From Paramecium tetraurelia (Eukaryota), in contig CT868492.1 of assembly GCA_000165425.1 (NCBI GenBank), forward strand, positions 1-64,000: a DNA stretch of 64,000 nucleotides, written 5' to 3'. Position 1 is the stretch's first letter. Every line of letters begins with the position of its first letter. The notes below the pieces were generated by a model. The model did not search any database. It worked only from the letters and a program-made list of their open reading frames with translations, and was not told where the DNA came from. Below are positions 1 to 13,681 of this stretch, piece by piece. Made by a program: the position numbers and the translations under genes.

Positions 1-207
1 CAGATCCTATTGATCCTAAAGACCCTATTGATGTTACAGACCCTACAGATCCTACAGATCCAACAGATCCTACTGATCCTACTGATCCAACTGATCCAAC
101 TGATCCAACAGATCCTACAGATCCTACAGACCCTACTGATCCAACTGATCCAACTGATCCAACAGATCCTACAGACCCTACAGATCCTACAGACCCTACT
201 GATCCTA
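1..207 (+). repeat. 9-nt tandem repeat encoding (Asp-Pro-Thr)n linker
   Basis: Units gatcctaca/gatccaact/gaccctaca; frame 3 gives DPIDPKDPIDVTDPTDPTDPT... Confidence 0.95.
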
Positions 208-3200
208 AAAGCCCAATTAATATTGGAACTATTGAGCATCCGGTTGGAGATAAATGTAATTTACAATTGCAAAATAAACTAATTAATTTTGTAGATAATA
301 GATATGCTATTATTTATATTTGCAATGACATATTTAGCGCCAGATTATTTAATAAAGATGGAATAGAAATTTAGAGTATTACCATAACTATTGAAATTGT
401 GTTTATTTTAGATACCATCTTATTTTAAGATCAAATTATTTTAGCATTTGTTTTTGTTAACAGACCTAATAAATATCAACTTTTTTAAATCGATAATAGT
501 TTCTAAACTTTAAATTATAAATAAGAGATAACATAGGAATCTATTATTCATAGTATTTAACTTCAGCCAATGACTCAAAATTTTGTAATTTTAATCTCTA
601 ATGATAAATAAGTTGAAATTGACTAAACATTTATTAATTGTCAATCTCAAACAATAGCCATTTTTGATTTTGGTTTTTCACAAACAGCTAATAAATTAGA
701 TTTCAACTATCCTGATGGAATTACTTAGAATACTTGTAATTAAAACAAAGTAACTGAAATTAAAATTGTTAACAATACCATATATACATTATCAATAAGT
801 TAAACAGGTGGACAATTAATATCTTTAGATTCTTTTGGAATTGTTCAATAGGCTTATGCGATAGATATTCCTAACATTGAAAAAGTTAAATTTGAGATTA
901 ATAAAGAAACTATAATTTTTATTTACAAGACATATGATGCATAAAATTGGAGTTTAAGAATTTGCAATAAGATATTGATAATCATTTTTATTAAAATTGA
1001 TTTTATTCCTGGAAATTCAGATGTTTAATTGGCTATTGTGGCTAACAACCTATTCATATAATGGACTTAAAATGATAACCTTAAAAGTTCCTCATTTTAG
1101 TTCATAGATTTATAAGGAAATGAGCTTTCAACAGGAGTTATATCAAGTGATGCTTAGATTAGCAGCACCCAAATAGTTGTTTTGATGAAAGGATATGTTG
1201 GATTTACTTGGACCGTTCAAAACGAAAATGGTCAATGGGAAATTTCCTATGCTGTCATGAATTAAAGTGGATAATTTGTTGATTAAATGGAGATCTAATG
1301 TTCTGAAAATTGTAAAGAATGCCTTACTGAGAGATACTGTACATAATGTTAACCAAGATATATTATATAAGAAATTAGTTAAAATGAAAACTATTGTTTG
1401 AAATAATGTGATCCTAATTGCAAATCATGTGATGATAACAAAAATTGTTAGCTTTGCAAAGACACTTATTATTTAGAAAATGATTCTTGTATTTTAGATG
1501 AAGTATAAGTTAAGGCAATTAGGATTAATTAAGAAGTGTCATTAGGTTTGAAAAATTAAGAGGGGGTTAAATTTAGTGATGGTTCTATCATAATGTTTTG
1601 GTCAAGTTATTTATAAGATAGTAATGGCTGGGGAGTATTTGGTCAATTAATTGATAAAACTGGTGTTAAAATTGGAAATAATATATAAATTAATGCTAAA
1701 TCTCAAGGTTAATGTCATTCTCCAAAAGTAGCACTATTATAGGACGATACAGTTGTAATAATATATGTTGATGGAGATCCTTAGATAAGTGAAGCAATAA
1801 TAATGGCTTAAAAATTTGATAAGTAATTGCAAAGAATTGGAGACGAATTTTAAGTTGGTACATTTTAATATTTTTCGTTCAATTTAAGAGGTGATACATA
1901 ATGGTCAATAGTAAGTTTAAAAAATGGAGGTTTTGTTATTGAATATTTATCACAGAATACCTATTATCATTATACTGTTTGCCTAAATTTCTATGATTCA
2001 CTAAGCAACTTGGTAGCTAAATAGTAAATTGTAGGATAATCAGAAATATTGCTCTATTCTCCATTATTAGCTGCTACTGATACAACTGTTGCTTATTTAT
2101 GTAATTAATTATTTATGGGATTTACAGTTTATTTGTATTCATTAGATGGAAGTTTACTATAACAAAAATAATTGAATATATTTAACTAGTTTCGTCTTGC
2201 AAGGGTATTTTTCGAGCATACCAATGATTTTTATGCAGTAGGGTATATAAAGTAGTAAGAAAAATATTGTGTTTAAGTATAATTCTTCAATAAATAATTT
2301 GTTGAATTTGGAGATCCAATAACTATTAAATAATTAGATTCTTATTCAGAGATTTAAATGTATTTATGTGATGAAGGATTATTATTTTTATTACATTTGA
2401 GAGTAAAACAGTAAGATGTTTAAGAGCTTTATTTATTAAAGGACAAATAATATTCCCTAATAAATACATTCCACATAGATGCTTCCTATTTTCCAACAAT
2501 AAATGAATACAAGAATTTTAAGATTATTCCAAGCTTGAATTAATAATACTTTATTCTATGGGTAAAGGAAAATAGATTTAGTGTTTAAGATAAATATCAC
2601 CTTTATTTATAGTTTTTATCTTATGATTAATAAATAATTGTAAAAGATTAGATTATTTGTTAATTGAATTGTTAAACATGTTAAGATCCTACTATTTGTG
2701 ATTAATGTCTTGAAAATTATTACTAAAACGAGAATCGATGTGACGCTGTTTGTGAAATAGGATGTGCTTACTGTAATTTTCCACATTATTGTACTTTATG
2801 TTAAGAAGGCTATTATTTAAATGAAGAAGGAAAATGCTCTAAACTTCCTATTTATTAACCTTAAGTTTTAATAGAATACGAAGGAGGTGAAGTTTTTGCA
2901 AAAGTTCAAACGTTAAATGAAGGATTAAAAGCTTATTTTTCTTGCTTCCTTTCATATGTAAATGTGAAAATAATGGATGGATAATAAATAGTAAATAGTT
3001 TTTCTATTAATGTCTAAAATCCAGCTTATTATACTTAGAGAACAATGTTCTATGAAGATGAAAATATCATTTTTGTTTTCTATTTGTAAAATGGAGAAAT
3101 ATAAGTACAAAGATTTGATGTAAATTCTAATCTATTAAGTTAAGTAATTTTAGACATTTCATAATTTTCTGGAATTTAGATTTCAAATTATGCCATATTT

Positions 3201-6200
3201 TTAGAACCAATTTAGGGTTTCTAATATATTCTTACATTTTATGAATAAAAAGTTATTGAAAATTCAATTTACAATTTTAACTATATTAATTTTTATTATG
3301 CTAAATTAGATTTAGGATTATAAAAAGTAGAAGATATTTAGAAAATTTTTACATTAGAATAATAAATTGGGATTGGTCTTATTAGAGGATTTGATTATAT
3401 TACATTATTTGATTAATATGGCCAGAGGTACAAAATACAAAAAGATAAAATTGAAGAAAAGTTCTGTGATAACGCTCGATTGTATGATGGAGGCTCATGT
3501 AGTTTACCCTCAACAGAAACCTGGAATGTAATCAAATTATTTGAAGCATTTGGATTTAATTAATTAATTGATGGTGATAATAATATACAAATTTAGTATA
3601 AAATTGAGGATGCCTCAGGATAAACTCAATTCAAAAATACAAATGTTTTGAATAAAAGTATGAATAGATAAAATATTGTTAAAGTATTTAAATATATCAA
3701 CTCATTTGTTGTCTTTATTTAAGTAGAGAATTTAGATTAATAATATGAATAAAGATATTTGATAGCTTAATTTATATATAATACTGGTAGGAAAATAGGA
3801 GATTAGATATATATTTGTTCTATGCCCCAAAATGTCTTGGAAGTTATTTAATATCAGAATGGATTCAAAATATTAATGTAAAAAGATGAATGTAATGATG
3901 TAACATGCTCTTGTCGTTTATTGTAGACGATATTTGATAGAGAAAATGACCTGCCAGATCCTGATCAGCCTTAATAAATAACGAAAGACCCTATTAAAGA
4001 TGGAAAAGGTATTGAAATTGTAGATAAATGTATTTAAGAGCCAATTAAGGATCTTATGAAATACTCTAACAATGATTATGCAATTCTATATATTTGTTAG
4101 AATGTTTTGAGAATCAGAAAATTCAATTCTTCTGGGGAAGAAATAAAATTTGTTGAAATTACTATTGAAAATATTCATCTTTTTGATGCAACTATAGTAA
4201 ATGATCTAATCTACATGATTATAGTTTATGATTCAGATAAAAAAATTAGTAAGGTTTATAAATTAGATGAAATTACAAATTAATTGATACCATAATTGGA
4301 TCAGAGTTGTGAGTTAGATACTTAGGATATTAAAAATTGAAAGTTTACCAAAGAAGTATCTTATTTTCATTACTTGTTTAAAGAATTATGTATTTGATGG
4401 AGTCTCTTAAATTGCATAATCTTAATCATTGTATGTTTATGAAGTTTCAAATGTTAAGATCTTTTAAAAGATAGATGTTAATAATCCATAAATCTTAACA
4501 ATTGATGATTGTAATAAAAATATCATTAAAGCTATTAAAGTATTTGATTCTTCGATCTATTTAATAAATATCAATCAACTTAGTCTAAATTTAATGGTAT
4601 TAAGTGACATTGGGTTTTAACAGTCTAGTGCTAATATGAATATTCCATTTATTACTGAAGTCAAACTTGAAATGAGTCAAGAAGTAGTTGTATTAATGTA
4701 TAAATTAAAGGGAAAAAAAGAGTGGATATTAAGTATCTGTAGGGACATTTATTTATGCTTTTTTAATAGCGGTAGATATGATTAAAGGTTCACAGATTTT
4801 TCGATTGCAATATTTTAGAATTAGATTGCTTTAACTTATTGTGAAAAACTAAACTAGTCCCTAGTTTATAAAGTATTGAATAGTTATGGAGAAACTATAA
4901 TTTAGTAACAAATTTAAATTGATTCATAAATTAGTAGACCATTGCTAGTTACCTTCTCTAATTAGTAAATGGGATTTGCCTGGGAATATAGAAATAATGA
5001 CTCACAATGGGGATTATAATTATCAATTCTTAGCAATACTGGTGATTTAGATAAGATATTAATTAATGTTTGTTCACCTAATTGTGCTTAATGCATAAGC
5101 AATACTGAATGTAAAAAATGCATGGATGGATACGAAATTTGGTATGATAATTTGAAAAGTGGATGGTTTTGCAAAATATAGAATAAATCTTCTTGCCTTT
5201 ACCTTTAAGGTGATACATGTATGATATGTCCTTCATAGCTTTATCCTTATGAAGCAGATTGCATAGTTGATGATTTCTAATTAAAGTCATTAGTTGTTAA
5301 TTAATTTACCTATTTCACTCAAACTAAACCTTCTATAGCTGGATTTAGTGACGGTTCCGTAATGGCAATTTGGAATACTAATTATTAAGATGGATTTTAT
5401 TGTGGTGTTTATGGTTAGGTGTTCGATAGTTAGAGAGAAAAGATAGGAACTAACTTTTAAGTGAATTAAATTACTCAAGGAAACCAACATTCGGCTTAGA
5501 TTTCAATATTAAATGATGATACTGCTATTATTTTATATGTTGATGGTAATCCAGAAGATGGAGCAATACTAAAGGTTGCCAGATTCACCAAAAATTAATA
5601 AAGACTTGGCGATGATATTGATATAGATGTTATTAGATATTACAGGTTTGATATTACTAATGATAACGTTGCAAAAATAATTAAATTAAAGAATGGAGGA
5701 TATGTAATTGGATACTTAACATTAAGTGGAGAACCATTATAAAAAGTATTAAAACTAAAGTTTTATAATTCTGACAATTAATAAATTGGCAATTAAATTA
5801 CAACTGTTGAATAATTTATTTCAATTGATGGTATTTTCTTGATTTCATCTACTGATTAGAATGTTGCAATTATACATGCATTCTAAGTATATATTTATTC
5901 ATTTGATGGATCATTACTTATTTAAAAAGATTTTATACTTTAATTCTTTTTAAATTAAGCTTGTTTAAGTAGTATCTCTTAATATTTTGTCTTTGTATTT
6001 TATAGATATGAAAATACTAATATATCGGTATATGCTCAATTTTATGATCAAAACTTTGTGCCTTCAGGAAATCAAATATTGATAAAATCAATCCCCTAAT
6101 TGGTAAATGGTAAGTACATGTAAATTTCCTATATTCAAGTTGATTAATATAAAGGAGGGCTTTCTGTGATTATTGAATTTGTTAAAAATGGCTAATCTAC

Positions 6201-9200
6201 ATAAGAACAGTATTATCTAAATTCCGATATGGAAATTCAATTTATGAATTAATATAAGATCAAAAATAATTGGAATGCCTTAACAATTATGAAAATAGCT
6301 GAATCAATAGATCAATCATTTTTTGTTATCTGGGCTTAGCTGAACATATTTGATTTTTATGATAACTCTAACATTAGGATATAAAAAATGACTGCCACAG
6401 GAGAACATTCCACTCAAACAATAATCCAATGTAATTAAGGTTGCACCAAATGTGTCAGTCAATATGAATGTATATAATGCATGGGTGACTATTTACTAAC
6501 AGAATCGTATTGTAATCCAGTTTGCTCATAGAACTGTAAGAGTTGTATCATACCTTCAGTTTGTATTCAATGTAAGGATGGATACTATGAAGAAATCTAA
6601 GGATTATGCTCTCCTCTAAAACTAGGCTATCATTAACCTTAACCTTTAACTGCTTAAGAATTTTAGGGTGAAACCACAGCTTTAGTGAGTTCAAGTGACG
6701 GAACTTCATGCTTTTTCACTTAATATCGTTCAGAAAATAGCGAAATTTATGAATGGAATGCTTATTTCATCTTTGAGTCATAAATAACTAAGAAATTAAC
6801 AATATAGAAAAAACTCAATTATTTTTCTAATTTAGAAATTTAAAAAATTGAATAAGATTATGTAGGAGTTAGTTATTAATAAGACTAAATTGAGGTTTTC
6901 AGAATTGGTTAAAATTAATAAGTGACCATACATAAAGTTATATAACTCAAATAGATTGATTTAGATTCATCTACAAATAAAAATTTGGCCCTCTTAGTGG
7001 CATAGATAAATAATTAATATTCTCTAATTTGCATTTCAAATGCATGGGATAAAGGTCAATAAGGAAAGATTTACAAGATAACTTTGGATTCTGAATTACT
7101 TCCTATTGGATAATCATAAGTAATTCTCCAATAAGAGAATTTAAGCTCAAACGAAAGAATTGATTCTACTACTTTTAGTTTTTATTCAACGAATGGAATA
7201 ATCCTATGGACAGGAGAGTAATTGATATAGAGGAATTGCCCATATTCTTAAATTTTGAATAGCTATTCCTGCAATATACACGAGTTGTAAAATGGTAATC
7301 TAATCTAAATATTTACATAAATGTTTTTTGACATGAATTTTTTTGCTAAAGGAGGATAATTGAGTTATTACAGACTATTAAATAAGGAATTCACACCTAT
7401 AACTTAAGAAAAGAAAATAACTGAAAATAAATTGCAACAAGAAGAATTTGTAAAATTTGTGTCCTTTTAAAATACATTTGTCATAGTATTAAAGGAATAT
7501 CCAAGTTATAGTTAGTTTAAGTTTTAATTGGTACTTTAATACTTTGAAAATTCTGGTACAAAATTAGGTTCACAAATTTATGTTGGCTTATTTTAATCTG
7601 ATATATTTACAAAGTTTGTTTAATTTGAAAACAGTTTTAAGATATTTTGGTAAGAAAAAAAGTGTTTGGATGTAATATGCTAAAAAAATTAAAATATGTT
7701 ATTATTTAAGGAGTATGATGAATTAGGTAATGAAATTACTAATGGTTAAAATATCAAGTGCATGTAATATTGTGATGAATGCATAAATGAAAGTTATTGT
7801 ACAAAATGTGGTACTAATTACAATTTAGATACTAATTCATAATGTGTCTTATAATGCCCCTCAAATTGCAATAAGTGTTCAGTTGTTGCTAAATGTGAGA
7901 TTTGTTACACTGGTTATGAATTAATTAATGATCAATGCATCAAATTTAAGTGTCCAAATAATTGTGATAAATGTTATAAGGAATCAAATAATTTTGTATG
8001 TTATTAATGCCAAGACAATTACTATTTGAATCAACTCGAATGTTTACCTTAATGTCCATCCAGTTGCAGAACTTGTGACTTACCATTCAACTGTACAAGT
8101 TGTCCTGAAGGTTTTGTCTTGACAGCAGATGCTAAATGTAAATTTGAAGATTAAACTGTTGTTGATTAAGTCAAAAATACAAGTGTGAGTACACCAATAA
8201 GATATACATTCCCAGATGGATCCTATGTTCTCGTGTGGTACTAAAATGGTGAGAAAGCAGGAGTATATTTCTAATTATACTCTGCCGATAATTCTAAGTT
8301 AGGAGCTGAAATCATAGTATCAGATTAGACAAGAAGACTACTAGTTGATTCTTCAATAAAGAAATAATATTATGCTCATTTAGCAGCTGTTGACTATAAC
8401 TTTTATGTTGTTTGGGCTGATTCTACTTCAGATTAGACTAATTTCCTATTACAAGAATTCGATTCTACTGGTACTAAATTAACATCTGCTTAGTCAATTG
8501 GAGTATCTAATAACAATGTTGTATCATCACTGACTCAACCTTGTTAATTATTAACTCTATCAAATAAAAACATGGTTGTATCATTCATGACTCAAAGCCC
8601 TGAAGACCAATCAAATTACAACTTTAAATACTAATTAATTGATCCTAATCTCTAAGGTATCAATTCAGTTTAAGAGATTCCTAATGTGAGCTATTAAACA
8701 ATTCCATCAATTACAGAGGGAGACTAAGGAATGATATATATTAGTTACACAAGCAATGGATATGTGTTTGTCTAATAAATCACCTAATTTGGAAATCCAG
8801 TGAATTAACCTTAAGCCATTATTGATGATGGAATATTTACACTTAAAACAGCCTATCTTCAAAGTGGAATGTTTGTATTCTTATGGGAAAACAAGAATAT
8901 ATAAACTTACAAAGTCATGTTCGACCTTAACTATCAATTAGTTTCTAAAGATTTATCTTAAAAAAGTGAGGTTAAGGTAATAGGAAGTTCTTAGATTAAA
9001 GAATAAACACCAGATTTAAAATTATTCAAAGATGGATTCATAGTAGCCTGGTAAACTACAGATTCATAGTATTAACCAAATGGAATTCAATTCTAAATAT
9101 TTGATTCTTTGGGTGTCTAATTAACTTAAATTATAAAAGTAGCGATTTCAGGAAAATATCCATAAAATCCTAACATTCAAATAATGAATGATGATAGATT

Positions 9201-10278
9201 TGCGATTACATACATATCAAAAAGTTTAGATGTTGATGGATCCATTTTGGGAGATAGTATTCAAATCTAATACTACAATAAATAAGGACAAGAGTAATTT
9301 ATCACTACTCCTCAATTATGTGGAAAGGAATGTAACATTTGCTAATCCCCATTAAATTGTTATAGATGCTCATATGGTTATTATCTATCTTTGGATAATT
9401 AATGCATAATGGATTGTGGTCTCTATTGTAATTAATGTGAAGTTCCTCTGGTCTGTTAATCTTGTGTAAATGGTTACGAATTAAATTAAAGTAATTCCTG
9501 TACTGAAGTGTCATGTCCTCTAGGATATTAAAGAAATTAAAAGACTAAATTATGTGATCCTGAATGTCCAAGTGAATGTGTTTGCACACTTCCAAATATA
9601 TGTAGTTCTTGCATTGCTGGTTATTATTTGAAGGATAGTTAATGTAATTTGACATCTAATCTTTACCCTGAAAGTCCCATTTCTAATCCCTATGTATTCT
9701 ATGCATTGATAGTTGTTTGTGTAATGTTACTTATATCCTGGATATTCTGTTATAAATGTTATATTCACCATAGAAAAAATGACAAAGTGCATCTAGTCAG
9801 AGTACCTAGTTCAATTGAAGAAATCAACGAACAATAACCAGTTGTAGAACATTAGAAGGCATTCTAAGATATCTTATTAAAAATCAGTCCTTAAGTGTAA
9901 GAAGATGAAATTAAGCAAGATTTCTTGAAAAAGGAAGATTTTATGAAAAAGGAGGACTACATTTAAAAGGAAGACTCCTTTAAAAATGAAGACTCCTTGA
10001 AAAAGGAGGACTACATTTAAAAAGAAGACTCCGTTAAAAAGGAGGACTTCATGAAAAAGGAGGACTTTATGAAAAGAGAAGATTAAAATAGAAAGAAGGA
10101 CTCCTTGAAAAAGGGAGAGTTCATGTTTAAGGAAGAGAAACCTTTTGAGAATAAATTATAGATCATTTTGATTGACAACGATGATGATAGCCAATCAGAA
10201 GTTTATTAATTTTAACAAAAAGATAAATAAGCTTCCCAAAATTAATTCTTATAGATCTATAGTTTGGATGAAAATTGA
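1..10278 (+). CDS. Giant Cys-rich (furin/GFR-like CxxC repeat) single-pass surface protein, 5'-truncated
   Basis: In code 6, frame 3 reads through at every point sampled from 3 to about 4337, then frame 1 does so to TGA at 10276-10278. It has DPT repeats, multiple CxxxCxxC blocks (e.g. CSENCKEC, CSPNCAQC), a TM segment VFYALIVVCVMLLISWIFCY (~9690-9755) and a KKED-repeat cytoplasmic tail. One frame break lies at ~4332-4340. Confidence 0.85.
9925..10125 (+). repeat. 18-nt tandem repeat encoding KKED(F/Y/S)x hexapeptides
   Basis: KKEDFM KKEDYI QKEDSF KNEDSL KKEDYI QKEDSV KKEDFM KKEDFM KREDQN in frame 1. Confidence 0.9.
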
Positions 10279-10315
10279 AAAATATAATAAGAATAAATAT
10301 ATCAAAATATTATGC

Positions 10316-11829
10316 TCAATCTTATTTTTTCTACACTTTCCTGCCCAAGGCCTTCTCAAATAATTCATCAAATAACTTTTCTATTTATTCTGGTAATTAT
10401 TGTTGATTGAAACTAAAATTATTAAATAAAATCTTTTCCTAGTTTCCAAGGAATATCGGTTTCCATCCTTCAGAAATCATAATTTCCTTTTTGGCCTATT
10501 TCTTACCAGTTAAGTTGTTGCCTCTGAAATAAACTGAACCTGATAGTTCAAATGCTATTTTAGCATCTTGAAACAACAATGCCACATCTATTAAATATAT
10601 CCAGCAAGGAGCATCAACTTAAATTTTTACTTTTTCACTTAACGATTTAACATATTGTCTGAAGAAATTGATTAGTATATTTTCTTATAAGGACTTTTAC
10701 ATCTATTTACTAACACTCTTAGGTTTCATTTTGATGTCAGGTAGTGTCAATTCAGGATGTCGTAGTTTTAATATTTTAATGCAAGTTAAATAACCCTAAG
10801 ATAGATTAGAAATCAAAGAAATACATTTTAAAATGAATAGTTTCTAGTTTCAAGCAATTGAGTAGATTTTAATAGTTTTTTTTCTATAACATTTAATATT
10901 TCTGCATCATTAACATTTGCATAGATTAAAGCAAATATTCTCTAAAACACTTTATTTTATTGATATTTATTGGTCAAATTAATTTAATATAGAATTTCAG
11001 ATTTTAAAATTAGTAACAAATCCTAATCTATACTTCCTTTGGTTTTCCATATTTCTAAAATTCTATCCAATTCTCGATGAGGAATTACAGAATCAAGTTA
11101 TTATACTTTATGAATAATTTATTAAATTATTTTGGGTTCAGATCCATAACTTTAATACAAGGTTATTGAATTATTAAGATCTAATTCATTTAGATGTTTA
11201 TCTAATACAATTTAGAGTTTGTTTCTAACTACTTCATAAACATCATAAAAGGATATTGGTTAAATTCGACTGAATTTGAAAAATATATTAAGTAGAGTAG
11301 TCAGAGCATCTAAGTAATCGTTTACTTGAGTTTGGTCGAATTTCATTTAATTGAGAATAGTAAACAACTATTTTTCTGTAAAAACAAGAGGGAGATCATA
11401 TTCACTATAATGATATTACTCTACCGTTGATTCTTACATTCTAAACTTTCTATTCATGAAAAGGAATATTTATTTGAGAGTGATGCTCATTTCTTGGAGT
11501 GGAATAGTTTCTAAGCTATTACATATTTGTACAACCAAGTTTTACCAGGCAGACAAATCTAACATGTTAAAATGATTCATTATTTGAGACACATCCTAAA
11601 GATATTCGGGTCGGATCCATTATTATAATTCTTCATTCAATTTTTCATATTCATCGCCTTTCTTCTCATATGCTTCGTAATATTATTGGGCGATATCTTT
11701 AAATTAAGGTGTTTTAAATTAGAATGAAATATCTTTGAGTTTGCAATCAACCAGGCCATATTTAAAGTATGATTTGTCTCCAGATTTCAGGAATGTAGAG
11801 AAACTTTCTTTGAGAATATTTAATCTCAT
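10316..11829 (-). CDS. RAP-domain (FASTK-like) probable mitochondrial RNA-binding protein
   Basis: Starts MRLNILKESFSTFLKS. The C-terminus IYLIDVALLFQDAKIAFELSGSVYFRGNNLTGKKQAKKEIMISEGWKPIF fits the RAP pattern (D..iA.E..G..f...K.....Gw). One ~29-nt intron near 10796-10824. Confidence 0.7.
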
Positions 11830-11888
11830 TTAATTGTGTTATTTAATTGATTAATCTATTTTAATAAGTTAATACTATAAGAAAAGAA

Positions 11889-13649
11889 TCATTTGAATTC
11901 ATTAATAAATATCTATTCTGCCATTTCATCACTACTCTAATACAATGCAGCTGCTCGTTCCCAAATGATCTCTTCAAGTATTGCTTCGGTTATCTAAGAA
12001 TAATAAGCAACGTAATTACTAAATCAAATTACTCAAGATTCTTAGGGTAATATTACTTATCTTGAGTAACATACTAAATCCTCCTCTTTCTGTCTTCCAT
12101 TATCTTAATTATGAATCCACTTGACAATTCTATTGAACGAAAACGGTCCATGGGATTAATGTAGAATTATTGATCTCTACCCAATTATTCAACAGGTACA
12201 TATTGATCAAGTCTTGCTACAGATATATCTATTATTACTGTCTCTCATAAATTGTTATCGTGTTTATTAGAAATTCTGTTCAACCTTGTCTTAATCTAAA
12301 GCGATGTCCTTCACAGCTTCTATGTAATCACACAGTGCCATCTATTCGTATCTCTGTCTTTCTTCCTCTTTCTTCTTCATTTCCAATGTATCAAGTATGT
12401 CTACCATTTCAAATAGTAAATCATCAATCAGCAATTCAGTCAATCTTTCAGAATGTACCTAAATCATTTTAGAGACTCCTCTTGCTAAAAGATGTCCAGT
12501 GAATGGATATTCAATTTATACACTATCAATCTTCTTAACTAATGGATCTACTTTTCCCTTGATCTTATCCAACTTTTCGTTGATTTCTTTATAATGTTTG
12601 TTCGGATTCTGAGCTTCAGATCTCAGCAATTATTAATGTTTATCTATTAAGGCATCTAATTCATGTTGTCTCTGCAATTCTCTTTTTTAGATTTCAATCA
12701 ATTCATTTTTCAATTTGTTATCATCAATCCTCACTTATTATGGCTGTTACTAAGGTTGCTTTTAAGGTATCAAATCCAAATCATTTTAATCATACTCCCC
12801 TGGTAATAATGGTTTCTTGGCTTCATAATGAATTAATTGGATTCCATCCTTCCAAATAGGATAATTATTTTATTGTGGTTCAACATAGATGTCATCAACA
12901 TTTTTTTCTAGTTGCTTTTTTTTATCTTGTTTCTTTTATTCTTTTGTTTTGTATGGTGATTCTTTATTTTCCATACCCTTCTTCTTGGCATTCATAATGT
13001 CTTAGGCCATATCAGGATGTTGTTGTGTTTTCATTTGCCTTAACTTTTCTTCAAATTGTTTATTCTACTCTGCCTTCAATTTCTTCTCTTAGTCTATCAT
13101 CCATTGCAATTGTTCCAATTCTCTCTTCTATTTCTTCATCTCAGAAACATCCTTCTTATATTGCTCTATATAAAATAACATTCATTACAATCATTAATCA
13201 CTGTTTCGATGTCTTTAATCGTAGCATACGATTTAACAGCTGCGGGTGGTGGGTTCTCTAATTGTCGTTTCTTATTCTCCTTTTCTCTTTCAATTTTTTC
13301 CTTTTGCAATTTGGTTTCAATTTTGAATATTTCATTCTTCTTCAAATTATCAAATTGTTTCGGTTTGGCTTCGACCTTATCATTCCAGGAGGGTTTGAAC
13401 TTCTCCTGTTTCTACGCACTGGATGGGCGCACTTTTTAGACTGAATCTATTTTCTATTGCGAAACCTTTTTTGAAGCCTCTTTGAATTTGACATTGGAAT
13501 GTTGTTTATTTTATTTGGTGGGTACCTATAATTGATTAAATGAATATAGAAACATTGTCAAACTTAATTGCTTTGGAAGGTTGGAGCTGGGATGTTGGTT
13601 AAGGTGAACCAAATGCTAACGAGTCTTAATTATAAAATTAGTTATCCAT
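11889..13649 (-). CDS. Coiled-coil protein with Moonraker/KIAA0753-like C-terminus (tentative)
   Basis: Starts MDNQFYNQDS with several tiny introns. Ends ITEAILEEIIWERAAALYQSSDEMAEQIFINEFK*, which from memory resembles the Moonraker C-terminal motif. Confidence 0.55.
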
Positions 13650-13681
13650 ATTTTGAATATTATTATATATACAAAAAGAAA

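Noticed and set aside
1..207. CRISPR-like or telomeric array; ORF-track protein 10..282 (ILQILQ...)
   Set aside because: It is a 9-nt coding repeat with third-position variation encoding DPT in frame 3. There are no spacers and it is not C4A2/C3A3 telomeric sequence.
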